Part shown: in pieces, positions 41,201-56,099 of the stretch | Layout of the letters: each line of letters opens with the position of its first letter | How positions within the stretch are numbered: the first letter of the stretch is position 1 | NCBI GenBank assembly: GCA_964276515.1 | Contig: OZ193910.1 | Location: 8,184,001-8,248,000, forward strand | DNA from: Gordius albopunctatus | Taxonomy: Eukaryota | Length of the DNA stretch: 64,000 nucleotides | Direction of reading: 5' to 3' | Notes under the pieces: model-generated | Seen by the model: only the letters and a program-made list of their open reading frames with translations | Databases searched by the model: none | Told to the model about the DNA's origin: nothing | Program-made: the position numbers and the translations under genes

Positions 41201-44200
41201 TCTTTTACATAAAATAACAAAAAATATATTTTTTCAGGTCAAAATAATTCACAATTTTTTCCTTTCAACCATATTCAACCGATGAAAGTTTTTATTTTCA
41301 GACGAGATTTCCATGATAAAAAGTCAAAATTTATCAGAATTAGAGAACTATTACTTTGAAATAATCATCGCATAAAGAATGTTTTAAAAATTAAGCAATC
41401 ACGTTGCGATACAACAAACTAATCGCAACAATATAACGTTGTCTTTTCTCAAAATGATAGTTCTCGTAGCTTGAAACTTCTTATATGGAGTCGATCGAGA
41501 ATAATAGGATTCTCAAATGAGCTTACTTTTTTATATTTTTTCAAGCTCTTTTACATAAAATAACAAAAAATATATTTTTTCAGGTCAAAATAATTCACAA
41601 TTTTTTCCTTTCAACCATATTCAACCGATGAAAGTTTTTATTTTCAGACGTGATTTCCATGATAAAAAGTCAAAATTTATCAGAATTAGAAAACTATTAC
41701 TTTTAAATCATCATCGCATAGAGCATTTTTCAAAAATTAAGCACTCACGTTGCGATACAACAAACTAATCGCAACAATATAACGTTCTCCTTTTCTCAAA
41801 ATGATTGTTCTCGCAGCTTAAAAATTCTTATAAGGAGTCGATCGAGAAAAATAGGATTCTCAAATGAGCTTACTTTTTTATATTTTTTCAAGCTCTTTTA
41901 CATAAAATAACAAAAAATATATTTTTTCAGGTCAAAATAATTCACAATTTTTTCCTTTCAACCATATTCAACCGATGAAAGTTTTTATTTTCAGACGTGA
42001 TTTCCATGATAAAAAGTCAAAATTTATCAGAATTAGAGAACTATTACTGTGAAATCATCATCGCATAGAGCATTTTTCAAAGATTAAGCACTCACGTTGC
42101 GATACAACAAACTAATCGCAACAATATAACGTTGTCTTTTCTCAAAATGATAGTTCTCGCAGCTTGAAACTTCTAATATGGAGTCGATCGAGAAAAATAG
42201 GATTCTCAAATGAGCTTACTTTTTTATATTTTTTCAAGCTCTTTTACATAAAATAACAAAAAATATATTTTTTCAGGTCAAAATAATTCACAATTTTTTC
42301 CTTTCAACCATATTCAACCGATGAAAGTTTTTATTTTCAGACGAGATTTCCATGATAAAAAGTCAAAATTTATCAGAATTAGAAAACTATTACTTTTAAA
42401 TCATCATCGCATAGAGCATTTTTCAAAGATTAAGCACTCACGTTGCGATACAACAAACTAATCGCAACAATATAACGTTGTCTTTTCTCAAAATGATAGT
42501 TCTCGCAGCTTGAAATTTCTTATATGGAGTCGATCGAGAAAAATAGGATTCTCAAATGAGCTTACTTTTTTATATTTTTTCAAGCTCTTTTACATAAAAT
42601 AACAAAAAATATATTTTTTCAGGTCAAAATAATTCACAATTTTTTCCTTTCAACCATATTCAACCGATGAAAGTTTTTATTTTCAGACGTGATTTCCATG
42701 ATAAAAAGTCAAAATTTATCAGAATTAGAAAACTATTACTTTTAAATCATCATCGCATAGAGCATTTTTCAAAAATTAAGCACTCACGTTGCGATACAAC
42801 AAACTAATCGCAACAATATAACGTTCTCCTTTTCTCAAAATGATTGTTCTCGCAGCTTAAAAATTCTTATAAGGAGTCGATCGAGAATAATAGGATTCTC
42901 AAATGAGCTTACTTTTTTATATTTTTTCAAGCTCTTTTACATAAAATAACAAAAAATATATTTTTTCAGGTCAAAATAATTCACAATTTTTTCCTTTCAA
43001 CCATATTCAACCGATGAAAGTTTTTATTTTCAGACGTGATTTCCATGATAAAAAGTCAAAATTTATCAGAATTAGAAAACTATTACTTTTAAATCATCAT
43101 CGCATAGAGCATTTTTCAAAAATTAAGCACTCACGTTGCGATACAACAAACTAATCGCAACAATATAACGTTCTCCTTTTCTCAAAATGATTGTTCTCGC
43201 AGCTTAAAAATTCTTATAAGGAGTCGATCGAGAAAAATAGGATTCTCAAATGAGCTTACTTTTTTATATTTTTTCAAGCTCTTTTACATAAAATAACAAA
43301 AAATATATTTTTTCAGGTCAAAATAATTCACAATTTTTTCCTTTCAACCATATTCAACCAATGAAAGTTTTTATTTTCAGACGTGATTTCCATGATAAAA
43401 AGTCAAAATTTATCAGAATTAGAGAACTATTACTGTGAAATCATCATCGCATAGAGCATTTTTCAAAGATTAAGCACTCACGTTGCGATACAACAAACTA
43501 ATCGCAACAATATAACGTTGTCTTTTCTCAAAATGATAGTTCTCGCAGCTTGAAACTTCTAATATGGAGTCGATCGAGAAAAATAGGATTCTCAAATGAC
43601 CTTACTTTTTTATATTTTTTCAAGCTCTTTTACATAAAATAACAAAAAATATATTTTTTCAGGTCAAAATAATTCACAATTTTTTCCTTTCAACCATATT
43701 CAACCGATGAAAGTTTTTATTTTCAGACGAGATTTCCATGATAAAAAGTCAAAATTTATCAGAATTAGAAAACTATTACTTTTAAATCATCATCGCATAG
43801 AGCATTTTTCAAAAATTAAGCACTCACGTTGCGATACAACAAACTAATCGCAACAATATAACGTTCTCCTTTTCTCAAAATGATTGTTCTCGCAGCTTAA
43901 AAATTCTTATAAGGAGTCGATCGAGAATAATAGGATTCTCAAATGAGCTTACTTTTATATATTTTTTCAAGCTCTTTTACATAAAATAACAAAAAATATA
44001 TTTTTTCAGTTCAAAATAATTCACAATTTTTTCCTTTCAACCATATTCAACCGATGAAAGTTTTTATTTTCAGACGTGATTTCCATGATAAAAAGTCAAA
44101 ATTTATCAGAATTAGAAAACTATTACTTTTAAATCATCATCGCATAGAGCATTTTTCAAAAATTAAGCACTCACGTTGCGATACAACAAACTAATCGCAA

Positions 44201-44637
44201 CAATATAACGTTCTCCTTTTCTCAAAATGATTGTTCTCGCAGCTTAAAAATTCTTATAAGGAGTCGATCGAGAATAATAGGATTCTCAAATGAGCTTACT
44301 TTTATATATTTTTTCAAGCTCTTTTACATAAAATAACAAAAAATATATTTTTTCAGGTCAAAATAATTCACAATTTTTTCCTTTCAACCATATTCAACCG
44401 ATGAAAGTTTTTATTTTCAGACGTGATTTCCATGATAAAAAGTCAAAATTTATCAGAATTAGAGAACTATTACTTTTAAATCATCATCGCATAGAGAATG
44501 TTTCAAAAATATAAACATTCACGTTGCGATACAACAAACTAATCGCAACAATATAACGTTCTCCTTTTCTCAAAATGATTGTTCTCGCAGCTTAAAAATT
44601 CTTATAAGGAGTCGATCGAGAATAATAGGATTCTCAA
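32283..44637. repeat. Satellite domain B: more homogeneous subtype with 13-mer and 9-mer segmental duplications
   Basis: Dominant alleles are aagtcaaaat, gagcatttttc and caggtcaaaa, with frequent gagaaaaatagg. The rare marker 'gaaataatc' is at 33736, 38240 and 41358 (spacings 4504 and 3118). 'attaggg' is at ~33028 and ~37532 (4504), and 'atgaccttac' at ~40478 and ~43596 (3118). Confidence 0.85.
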
Positions 44638-46739
44638 ATGAGCTTACTTTTATATATTTTATCAAGCTCTTTTACATAAAATAACAAAAAATATATTTTT
44701 TAGGTTAAAATAATTCACAATTTTTTCCTTTCAACCATATTCAACCGATGAAAGTTGTTATTTTCAGACGTGATTTCCATGATAAAAAGTCAAAATTTAT
44801 CAGAATTAGAGAACTGTTACTTTTAAATCATCATCGCATAGAGCATGTTTCAAAAATTAAGCACTAACGTTGCGATACAACAAACTAATCGCAACAAAAT
44901 AACGTTGTCTTTTCTCAAAATGATTGTTCTCGCAGCTTAAAACTTCTTTCTTAAGTCAATCGAGCATAAAAGGTTTCTCAAATTGGCTTACTTTAATATA
45001 TTTTTTCAAGCTCTTTTACATAAAATAACAAAAAATATATTTTTTCAGGATAAAATAATTCACAATTTTTTCCTTCAACCATATTCAACCGATGAAAGTT
45101 GTTATTTTCAGACGTGATTTCCATGATAAAAAGTCAAAATTTATCAGAATTAGAGAACTGTTACTTTTAAATCATCATCGCATAGAGCATGTTTCAAAAA
45201 TTAAGCACTAACGTTGCGATACAACTAACTAATCGCAACAAAATAACGTTGTCTTTTCTCAAAATGATTGTTCTCGCAGCTTAAAACTTCTTTCTTAAGT
45301 CAATCGAGCATAAAAGGTTTCTCAAATTAGCTTACTTTTATATATTTTATCAAGCTCTTTTACATAAAATAACAAAAAATATATTTTTTAGGTTAAAATA
45401 ATTCACAATTTTTTCCTTTCAACCATATTCAACCGATAAAAGTTGTTATTTTCAGACGTGATTGCCATGATAAAAAGTTAAAATTTATCAGAATTAGAGA
45501 ACCATTACTTTTAAATCATCATCGCGTAGAGCATGTTTCAAAAATTAAGCACTAACGTTGCGATACAACTAACTAATCGAAACAATATAACGTTGTATTT
45601 TCTCAAAAAGATTGTTCTCGCAGCTTAAAACTTCTTTCTGAAGTCGATCGAGATTAATAGGATTCTCAAATGAGCTTACTTTTATATATTTTTTCAAGCT
45701 CTTTTACATAAAATAACAAAATAAATTTTTTTTCAGGTTAAAATAATTCACAATTTTTTCATTTCGGCCATATTCAACCGATGAAAGTTGTTATTTTCAG
45801 ACGTGATTTCCACGATAAAAAGTCAAAATTTATCAGAATTAGAGAACCATTAGATTTAAATCATCATCGCATAGAGCATGTTTCAAAAATTAAGCACTAA
45901 CGTTGCGATACAACAAACTAATCTCAACAAAATAACGTTGTCTTTTCTCAAAATGATTGTTCTGGCAGCTTAAAACTTCTTATAAGGAGTCGATCGAGAT
46001 TAATATGATTCTCAAATCAGCTTACTTTTATATATTTTTTCAAGCTGTTTTACATAAAATAACAAAAAATATATTGTTCAGGTTAAAATAATTCACAATT
46101 TTTTCCTTTCGGCCATATTCAACCGATGAAAGTTGTTATTTTCAGACGTGATTTCCATGATAAAAAGTCAAAATTTATCAGAATTAGAGAACTGTTACTT
46201 TTAAATCATCATCGCATAGAGCATGTTTCAAAAATTAAGCACTAACGTTGCGATACAACAAACTAATCGCAACAAAATAACGTTGTCTTTTCTCAAAATG
46301 ATTGTTCTCGCAGCTTAAAACTTCTTTCTTAAGTCAATCGAGCATAAAAGGTTTCTCAAATTGGCTTACTTTAATATATTTTTTCAATCTCTTTTACATA
46401 AAATAACAAAAAATATATTTTTTCAGGATAAAATAATTCACAATTTTTTCCTTTCAACCATATTCAACTGATGAAAGTTGTTATTTTCAGACGTGATTTC
46501 CATGATAAAAAGTTAAAATTTATCAGAATTAGAGAACCATTACTTTTAAATCATCATCGCATAGAGCATGTTTCAAAAATTAAGCACTAACGTTGCGATA
46601 CAACTAACTAATCGCAACAATATAACGTTGTATTTTCTCAAAATGATTGTTCTCGCAGCTTAAAACTTCTTATAAGGAGTCGATCGAGATTAATAGGATT
46701 CTCAAATGATCTTACTTTTATATATTTTTTCAAGCTCTT

Positions 46740-48540
46740 TTACATAAAATAACAAAAAATATATTTTTTCAGGTTATAATAATTCACAATTTTTTCCTTT
46801 CAACCATATTCAACCGATGAAAGTTGTTATTTTCAGACGTGATTTCCATGATAAAAAGTTAAAATTTATCAGAATTAGAGAACTATTACTTTTAAATCAT
46901 CATCGCATAGAGCATGTTTCAAAAATTAAGCACTCACGTTGCGATACAACAAACTAATCGCAACAAGATAACGTTGTCTTTTCGCAAAATGATAGTTCTC
47001 GCAGCTTGAAACATCTTATAAGGAGTCGATCGAGAATAATAGGATTCTCAAATTAGCTTACTTTTATATATTTTATCAAGCTCTTTTACATAAAATAACA
47101 AAAAATATATTTTTTAGGTTAAAATAATTCACAATTTTTGCCTTTCAACCATATTCAACCGATAAATGTTGTTATTTTCAGACGTGATTTCCATGATAAA
47201 AAGTCAAAATTTATCAGAATTAGAGAACTGTTACTTTTAAATCATCATCGCATAGAGCATGTTTCAAAAATTAAGCACTAACGTTGCGATACAACAAACT
47301 AATCGCAACAAAATAACGTTGTCTTTTCGCAAAATGATAGTTCTCGCAGCTTGAAACATCTTATAAGGAGTCGATCGAGAATAATAGGATTCTCAAATTA
47401 GCTTACTTTTATATATTTTATCAAGCTCTTTTACATAAAATAACAAAAAATATATTTTTTAGGTTAAAATAATTCACAATTTTTTCCTTTCAACCATATT
47501 CAACCGATGAAAGTTGTTATTTTCAGACGTGATTTCCATGATAAAAAGTTAAAATTTATCAGAATTAGAGAACTATTACTTTTAAATCATCATCGCATAG
47601 AGCATGTTTCAAAAATTAAGCACTCACGTTGCGATACAACAAACTAATCGCAACAAGATAACGTTGTCTTTTCGCAAAATGATAGTTCTCGCAGCTTGAA
47701 ACATCTTATAAGGAGTCGATCGAGAATAATAGGATTCTCAAATTAGCTTACTTTTATATATTTTATCAAGCTCTTTTACATAAAATAACAAAAAATATAT
47801 TTTTTAGGTTAAAATAATTCACAATTTTTTCCTTTCAACCATATTCAACCGATAAATGTTGTTATTTTCAGACGTGATTTCCATGATAAAAAGTCAAAAT
47901 TTATCAGAATTAGAGAACTGTTACTTTTAAATCATCATCGCATAGAGCATGTTTCAAAAATTAAGCACTAACGTTGCGATACAACAAACTAATCGCAACA
48001 AAATAACGTTGTCTTTTCGCAAAATGATAGTTCTCGCAGCTTGAAACATCTTATAAGGAGTCGATCGAGAATAATAGGATTCTCAAATTAGCTTACTTTT
48101 ATATATTTTATCAAGCTCTTTTACATAAAATAACAAAAAATATATTTTTTAGGTTAAAATAATTCACAATTTTTTCCTTTCAACCATATTCAACCGATGA
48201 AAGTTGTTATTTTCAGACGTGATTTCCATGATAAAAAGTTAAAATTTATCAGAATTAGAGAACTATTACTTTTAAATCATCATCGCATAGAGCATGTTTC
48301 AAAAATTAAGCACTCACGTTGCGATACAACAAACTAATCGCAACAAGATAACGTTGTCTTTTCGCAAAATGATAGTTCTCGCAGCTTGAAACATCTTATA
48401 AGGAGTCGATCGAGAATAATAGGATTCTCAAATTAGCTTACTTTTATATATTTTATCAAGCTCTTTTACATAAAATAACAAAAAATATATTTTTTAGGTT
48501 AAAATAATTCACAATTTTTTCCTTTCAACCATATTCAACC
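46740..48540. repeat. Local 690-bp dimer tandem (~2.5 copies)
   Basis: 'caacaagata' at 46961, 47651 and 48341 (period 690), with ttcgcaaaat and acatctt alleles across the tract. Confidence 0.85.
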
Positions 48541-48779
48541 GATAAAAGTTGTTATTTTCAGACGTGATTTCCATGATAAAAAGTTAAAATTTATCAGAAT
48601 TAGAGAACCATTACTTTTAAATCATCATCGCATAGAGCATGTTTCAAAAATTAAGCACTAACGTTGCGATACAACGAACTAATCGCAACAATATAACGTT
48701 GTCTTTTCTCAAAATGATTGTTCTCGCAGCTTAAAACTTCTTATAAGGAGTCGATCGAGATTAATAGGATTCTCAAATA

Positions 48780-51700
48780 AGCTTACTTTTATATATTTTT
48801 TCAAGCTCTTTTACATAAAATAACAAAAAATATATTTTTCAGGTTAAAATAATTCACAATTTTTTCCTTTCAACCATATTCAACCGATGAAAGTTGTTAT
48901 TTTCAGACGTGATTTCCATGATAAAAAGTCAAAATTTATCAGAATTAGAGAACTGTTACTTTTAAATCATCATCGCATAGAGCATGTTTCAAAAATTAAG
49001 CACTAACGTTGCGATACAACAAACTAATCGCAACAAAATAACGTTGTCTTTTCTCAAAATGATTGTTCTCGCAGCTTAAAACTTCTTATAAGGAGTCGAT
49101 CGAGATTAATATGATTCTCAAATCAGCTTACTTTTATATATTTTTTCAAGCTCTTTTACATAAAATAACAAAAAATATATTGTTCAGGTTAAAATAATTC
49201 ACAATTTTTTCCTTTCGGCCATATTCAACCGATGAAAGTTGTTATTTTCAGACGTGATTTCCATGATAAAAAGTCAAAATTTATCAGAATTAGAGAACCA
49301 TTACTTTTAAATCATCATCGCATAGAGCATGTTTCAAAAATTAAGCACTAACGTTGCGATACAACTAACTAATCGAAACAATATAACGTTGTATTTTCTC
49401 AAAAAGATTGTTCTCGCAGCTTAAAACTTCTTTCTGAAGTCGATCGAGATTAATAGGATTCTCAAATGAGCTTACTTTTATATATTTTTTCAAGCTCTTT
49501 TACATAAAATAACAAAATAAATTTTTTTTCAGGTTAAAATAATTCACAATTTTTTCATTTCGGCCATATTCAACCGATGAAAGTTGTTATTTTCAGACGT
49601 GATTTCCACGATAAAAAGTCAAAATTTATCAGAATTAGAGAACCATTAGATTTAAATCATCATCGCATAGAGCATGTTTCAAAAATTAAGCACTAACGTT
49701 GCGATACAACTAACTAATCGCAACAATATAACGTTGTCTTTTCTCAAAATGATTGTTCTCGTAGCTTAAAACTTCTTATAAGGAGTCGATCGAGATTAAT
49801 AGGATTCTCAAATCAGCTTACTTTTATATATTTTTTCAAGCTCTTTTACATAAAATAACAAAAAATATATTGTTCCGGTTAAAATAATTCACAATTTTTT
49901 CCTTTAGGCCATATTCAACCGATGAAAGTTGTTATTTTCAGACGTGATTTCCATGATAAAAAGTCAAAATTTATCAGAATTAGAGAACTGTTACTTTTAA
50001 ATCATCATCGCATAGAGCATGTTTCAAAAATTAAGCACTAACGTTGCGATACAACTAACTAATCGCAACAATATAACGTTGTCTTTTCTCAAAATGATTG
50101 TTCTCGTAGCTTAAAACTTCTTATAAGGAGTCGATCGAGATTAATAGGATTCTCAAATCAGCTTACTTTTATATATTTTTTCAAGCTCTTTTACATAAAA
50201 TAACAAAAAATATATTTTTTAGGTTAAAATAATTCACAATTTTTTCCTTTCAACCATATTCAACCGATAAATGTTGTTATTTTCAGACGTGATTTCCATG
50301 ATAAAAAGTCAAAATTTATCAGAATTAGAGAACTGTTACTTTTAAATCATCATCGCATAGAGCATGTTTCAAAAATTAAGCACTAACGTTGCGATACAAC
50401 AAACTAATCGCAACAAAATAACGTTGTCTTTTCTCAAAATGATTGTTCTCGCAGCTTAAAACTTCTTATAAGGAGTCGATCGAGATTAATATGATTCTCA
50501 AATCAGCTTACTTTTATATATTTTTTCAAGCTCTTTTACATAAAATAACAAAAAATATATTGTTCAGGTTAAAATAATTCACAATTTTTTCCTTTCGGCC
50601 ATATTCAACCGATGAAAGTTGTTATTTTCAGACGTGATTTCCATGATAAAAAGTCAAAATTTATCAGAATTAGAGAACCATTACTTTTAAATCATCATCG
50701 CATAGAGCATGTTTCAAAAATTAAGCACTAACGTTGCGATACAACTAACTAATCGAAACAATATAACGTTGTATTTTCTCAAAAAGATTGTTCTCGCAGC
50801 TTAAAACTTCTTATAAGGAGTCGATCGAGATTAATAGGATTCTCAAATAAGCTTACTTTTATATATTTTTTCAAGCTCTTTTACATAAAATAACAAAAAA
50901 TATATTTTTCAGGTTAAAATAATTCACAATTTTTTCCTTTCAACCATATTCAACCGATGAAAGTTGTTATTTTCAGACGTGATTTCCATGATAAAAAGTC
51001 AAAATTTATCAGAATTAGAGAACTGTTACTTTTAAATCATCATCGCATAGAGCATGTTTCAAAAATTAAGCACTAACGTTGCGATACAACAAACTAATCG
51101 CAACAAAATAACGTTGTCTTTTCTCAAAATGATTGTTCTCGCAGCTTAAAACTTCTTATAAGGAGTCGATCGAGATTAATATGATTCTCAAATCAGCTTA
51201 CTTTTATATATTTTTTCAAGCTCTTTTACATAAAATAACAAAAAATATATTGTTCAGGTTAAAATAATTCACAATTTTTTCCTTTCGGCCATATTCAACC
51301 GATGAAAGTTGTTATTTTCAGACGTGATTTCCATGATAAAAAGTCAAAATTTATCAGAATTAGAGAACCATTACTTTTAAATCATCATCGCATAGAGCAT
51401 GTTTCAAAAATTAAGCACTAACGTTGCGATACAACTAACTAATCGAAACAATATAACGTTGTATTTTCTCAAAAAGATTGTTCTCGCAGCTTAAAACTTC
51501 TTTCTGAAGTCGATCGAGATTAATAGGATTCTCAAATGAGCTTACTTTTATATATTTTTTCAAGCTCTTTTACATAAAATAACAAAATAAATTTTTTTTC
51601 AGGTTAAAATAATTCACAATTTTTTCATTTCGGCCATATTCAACCGATGAAAGTTGTTATTTTCAGACGTGATTTCCACGATAAAAAGTCAAAATTTATC

Positions 51701-52530
51701 AGAATTAGAGAACCATTAGATTTAAATCATCATCGCATAGAGCATGTTTCAAAAATTAAGCACTAACGTTGCGATACAACTAACTAATCGCAACAATATA
51801 ACGTTGTCTTTTCTCAAAATGATTGTTCTCGTAGCTTAAAACTTCTTATAAGGAGTCGATCGAGATTAATAGGATTCTCAAATCAGCTTACTTTTATATA
51901 TTTTTTCAAGCTCTTTTACATAAAATAACAAAAAATATATTGTTCCGGTTAAAATAATTCACAATTTTTTCCTTTAGGCCATATTCAACCGATGAAAGTT
52001 GTTATTTTCAGACGTGATTTCCATGATAAAAAGTCAAAATTTATCAGAATTAGAGAACTGTTACTTTTAAATCATCATCGCATAGAGCATGTTTCAAAAA
52101 TTAAGCACTAACGTTGCGATACAACTAACTAATCGCAACAATATAACGTTGTCTTTTCTCAAAATGATTGTTCTCGTAGCTTAAAACTTCTTATAAGGAG
52201 TCGATCGAGATTAATAGGATTCTCAAATCAGCTTACTTTTATATATTTTTTCAAGCTCTTTTACATAAAATAACAAAAAATATATTTTTTAGGTTAAAAT
52301 AATTCACAATTTTTTCCTTTCAACCATATTCAACCGATAAATGTTGTTATTTTCAGACGTGATTTCCATGATAAAAAGTCAAAATTTATCAGAATTAGAG
52401 AACTGTTACTTTTAAATCATCATCGCATAGAGCATGTTTCAAAAATTAAGCACTAACGTTGCGATACAACAAACTAATCGCAACAAAATAACGTTGTCTT
52501 TTCTCAAAATGATTGTTCTCGCAGCTTAAA
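48780..52530. repeat. 6-mer (2070-bp) duplication in domain C
   Basis: 'tgttccggtt' at 49871 and 51941; 'atgattctca' at 49111 and 51181; offset 2070 in both cases. Confidence 0.8.
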
Positions 52531-55500
52531 ACTTCTTTCTTAAGTCAATCGAGCATAAAAGGTTTCTCAAATTAGCTTACTTTTATATATTTTATCAAGC
52601 TCTTTTACATAAAATAACAAAAAATATATTTTTTAGGTTAAAATAATTCACAATTTTTTCCTTTCAACCATATTCAACCGATAAAAGTTGTTATTTTCAG
52701 ACGTGATTTCCATGATAAAAAGTTAAAATTTATCAGAATTAGAGAACCATTACTTTTAAATCATCATCGCATAGAGCATGTTTCAAAAATTAAGCACTAA
52801 CGTTGCGATACAACTAACTAATCGAAACAATATAACGTTGTATTTTCTCAAAATGATTGTTCTCGCAGCTTAAAACTTCTTTCTGAAGTCGATCGAGATT
52901 AATAGGATTCTCAAATGAGCTTACTTTTATATATTTTTTCAAGCTCTTTTACATAAAATAACAAAAAATATATTTTTTCAGGTTATAATAATTCACAATT
53001 TTTTCCTTTCAACCATATTCAACCGATGAAAGTTGTTATTTTCAGACGTGATTTCCATGATAAAAAGCTAAAATTTATCAGAATTAGAGAACTATTACTT
53101 TTAAATCATCATCGCATAGAGCATGTTTCAAAAATTAAGCACTCACGTTGCGATACAACAAACTAATCGCAACAAGATAACGTTGTCTTTTCGCAAAATG
53201 ATAGTTCTCGCAGCTTGAAACATCTTATAAGGAGTCGATCGAGAATAATAGGATTCTCAAATTAGCTTACTTTTATATATTTTATCAAGCTCTTTTACAT
53301 AAAATAACAAAAAATATATTTTTTAGGTTAAAATAATTCACAATTTTTTCCTTTCAACCATATTCAACCGATAAATGTTGTTATTTTTAGACGTGATTTC
53401 CATGATAAAAAGTCAAAATTTATCAGAATTAGAGAACTGTTACTTTTAAATCATCATCGCATAGAGCATGTTTCAAAAATTAAGCACTAACGTTGCGATA
53501 CAACAAACTAATCGCAACAAAATAACGTTGTCTTTTCTCAAAATGATTGTTCTCGCAGCTTAAAACTTCTTTCTTAAGTCAATCGAGCATAAAAGGTTTC
53601 TCAAATTAGCTTACTTTTATATATTTTATCAAGCTCTTTTACATAAAATAACAAAAAATATATTTTTTAGGTTAAAATAATTCACAATTTTTTCCTTTCA
53701 ACCATATTCAACCGATAAAAGTTGTTATTTTCAGACGTGATTTCCATGATAAAAAGTTAAAATTTATCAGAATTAGAGAACCATTACTTTTAAATCATCA
53801 TCGCATAGAGCATGTTTCAAAAATTAAGCACTAACGTTGCGATACAACTAACTAATCGAAACAATATAACGTTGTATTTTCTCAAAAAGATTGTTCTCGC
53901 AGCTTAAAACTTCTTTCTGAAGTCGATCGAGATTAATAGGATTCTCAAATGAGCTTACTTTTATATATTTTTTCAAGCTCTTTTACATAAAATAACAAAA
54001 TAAATTTTTTTTCAGGTTAAAATAATTCACAATTTTTTCATTTCGGCCATATTCAACCGATGAAAGTTGTTATTTTCAGACGTGATTTCCACGATAAAAA
54101 GTCAAAATTTATCAGAATTAGAGAACCATTAGATTTAAATCATCATCGCATAGAGCATGTTTCAAAAATTAAGCACTAACGTTGCGATACAACTAACTAA
54201 TCGCAACAATATAACGTTGTCTTTTCTCAAAATGATTGTTCTCGTAGCTTAAAACTTCTTATAAGGAGTCGATCGAGATTAATAGGATTCTCAAATCAGC
54301 TTACTTTTATATATTTTTTCAAGCTCTTTTACATAAAATAACAAAAAATATATTGTTCAGGTTAAAATAATTCACAATTTTTTCCTTTCGGCCATATTCA
54401 ACCGATGAAAGTTGTTATTTTCAGACGTGATTTCCATGATAAAAAGTCAAAATTTATCAGAATTAGAGAACTGTTACTTTTAAATCATCATCGCATAGAG
54501 CATGTTTCAAAAATTAAGCACTAACGTTGCGATACAACAAACTAATCGCAACAAAATAACGTTGTCTTTTCTCAAAATGATTGTTCTCGCAGCTTAAAAC
54601 TTCTTTCTGAAGTCGATCGAGATTAATAGGATTCTCAAATGAGCTTACTTTTATATATTTTTTCAAGCTCTTTTACATAAAATAACAAAATAAATTTTTT
54701 TTCAGGTTAAAATAATTCACAATTTTTTCATTTCGGCCATATTCAACCGATGAAAGTTGTTATTTTCAGACGTGATTTCCACGATAAAAAGTCAAAATTT
54801 ATCAGAATTAGAGAACCATTACTTTTAAATCATCATCGCATAGAGCATGTTTCAAAAATTAAGCACTAACGTTGCGATACAACTAACTAATCGCAACAAT
54901 ATAACGTTGTCTTTTCTCAAAATGATTGTTCTCGCAGCTTAAAACTTCTTATAAGGAGTCGATCGAGATTAATAGGATTCTCAAATCAGCTTACTTTTAT
55001 ATATTTTTTCAAGCTCTTTTACATAAAATAACAAAAAATATATTGTTCAGGTTAAAATAATTCACAATTTTTTCCTTTCGGCCATATTCAACCGATGAAA
55101 GTTGTTATTTTCAGACGTGATTTCCATGATAAAAAGTCAAAATTTATCAGAATTAGAGAACCATTACTTTTAAATCATCATCGCATAGAGCATGTTTCAA
55201 AAATTAAGCACTAACGTTGCGATACAACTAACTAATCGCAACAAAATAACGTTGTCTTTTCTCAAAATGATTGTTCTCGCAGCTTAAAACTTCTTTCTTA
55301 AGTCAATCGAGCATAAAAGGTTTCTCAAATTGGCTTACTTTAATATATTTTTTCAAGCTCTTTTACATAAAATAACAAAAAATATATTTTTTCAGGATAA
55401 AATAATTCACAATTTTTTCCTTCAACCATATTCAACCGATGAAAGTTGTTATTTTCAGACGTGATTTCCATGATAAAAAGTCAAAATTTATCAGAATTAG

Positions 55501-56099
55501 AGAACTGTTACTTTTAAATCATCATCGCATAGAGCATGTTTCAAAAATTAAGCACTAACGTTGCGATACAACAAACTAATCGCAACAAAATAACGTTGTC
55601 TTTTCTCAAAATGATTGTTCTCGCAGCTTAAAACTTCTTTCTTAAGTCAATCGAGATTAATAGGATTCTCAAATGAGCTTACTTTTATATATTTTTTCAA
55701 GCTCTTTTACATAAAATAACAAAATAAATTTTTTTTCAGGATAAAATAATTCACAATTTTTTCCTTTCAACCATATTCAACCGATAAAAGTTGTTATTTT
55801 CAGACGTGATTTCCATGATAAAAAGTTAAAATTTATCAGAATTAGAGAACCATTACTTTTAAATCATCATCGCATAGAGCATGTTTCAAAAATTAAGCAC
55901 TAACGTTGTGATACAACTAACTAATCGCAACAATATAACGTTGTATTTTCTCAAAATGATTGTTCTCGCAGCTTAAAACTTCTTTCTGAAGTCAATCGAG
56001 GATAAAAGGTTTCTCAAATCAGCTTACTTTTATATATTTTTTCAAGCTCTTTTACATAAAATAACGAAAAAATATATTTTTCAGGTTAAAATAATTCAC

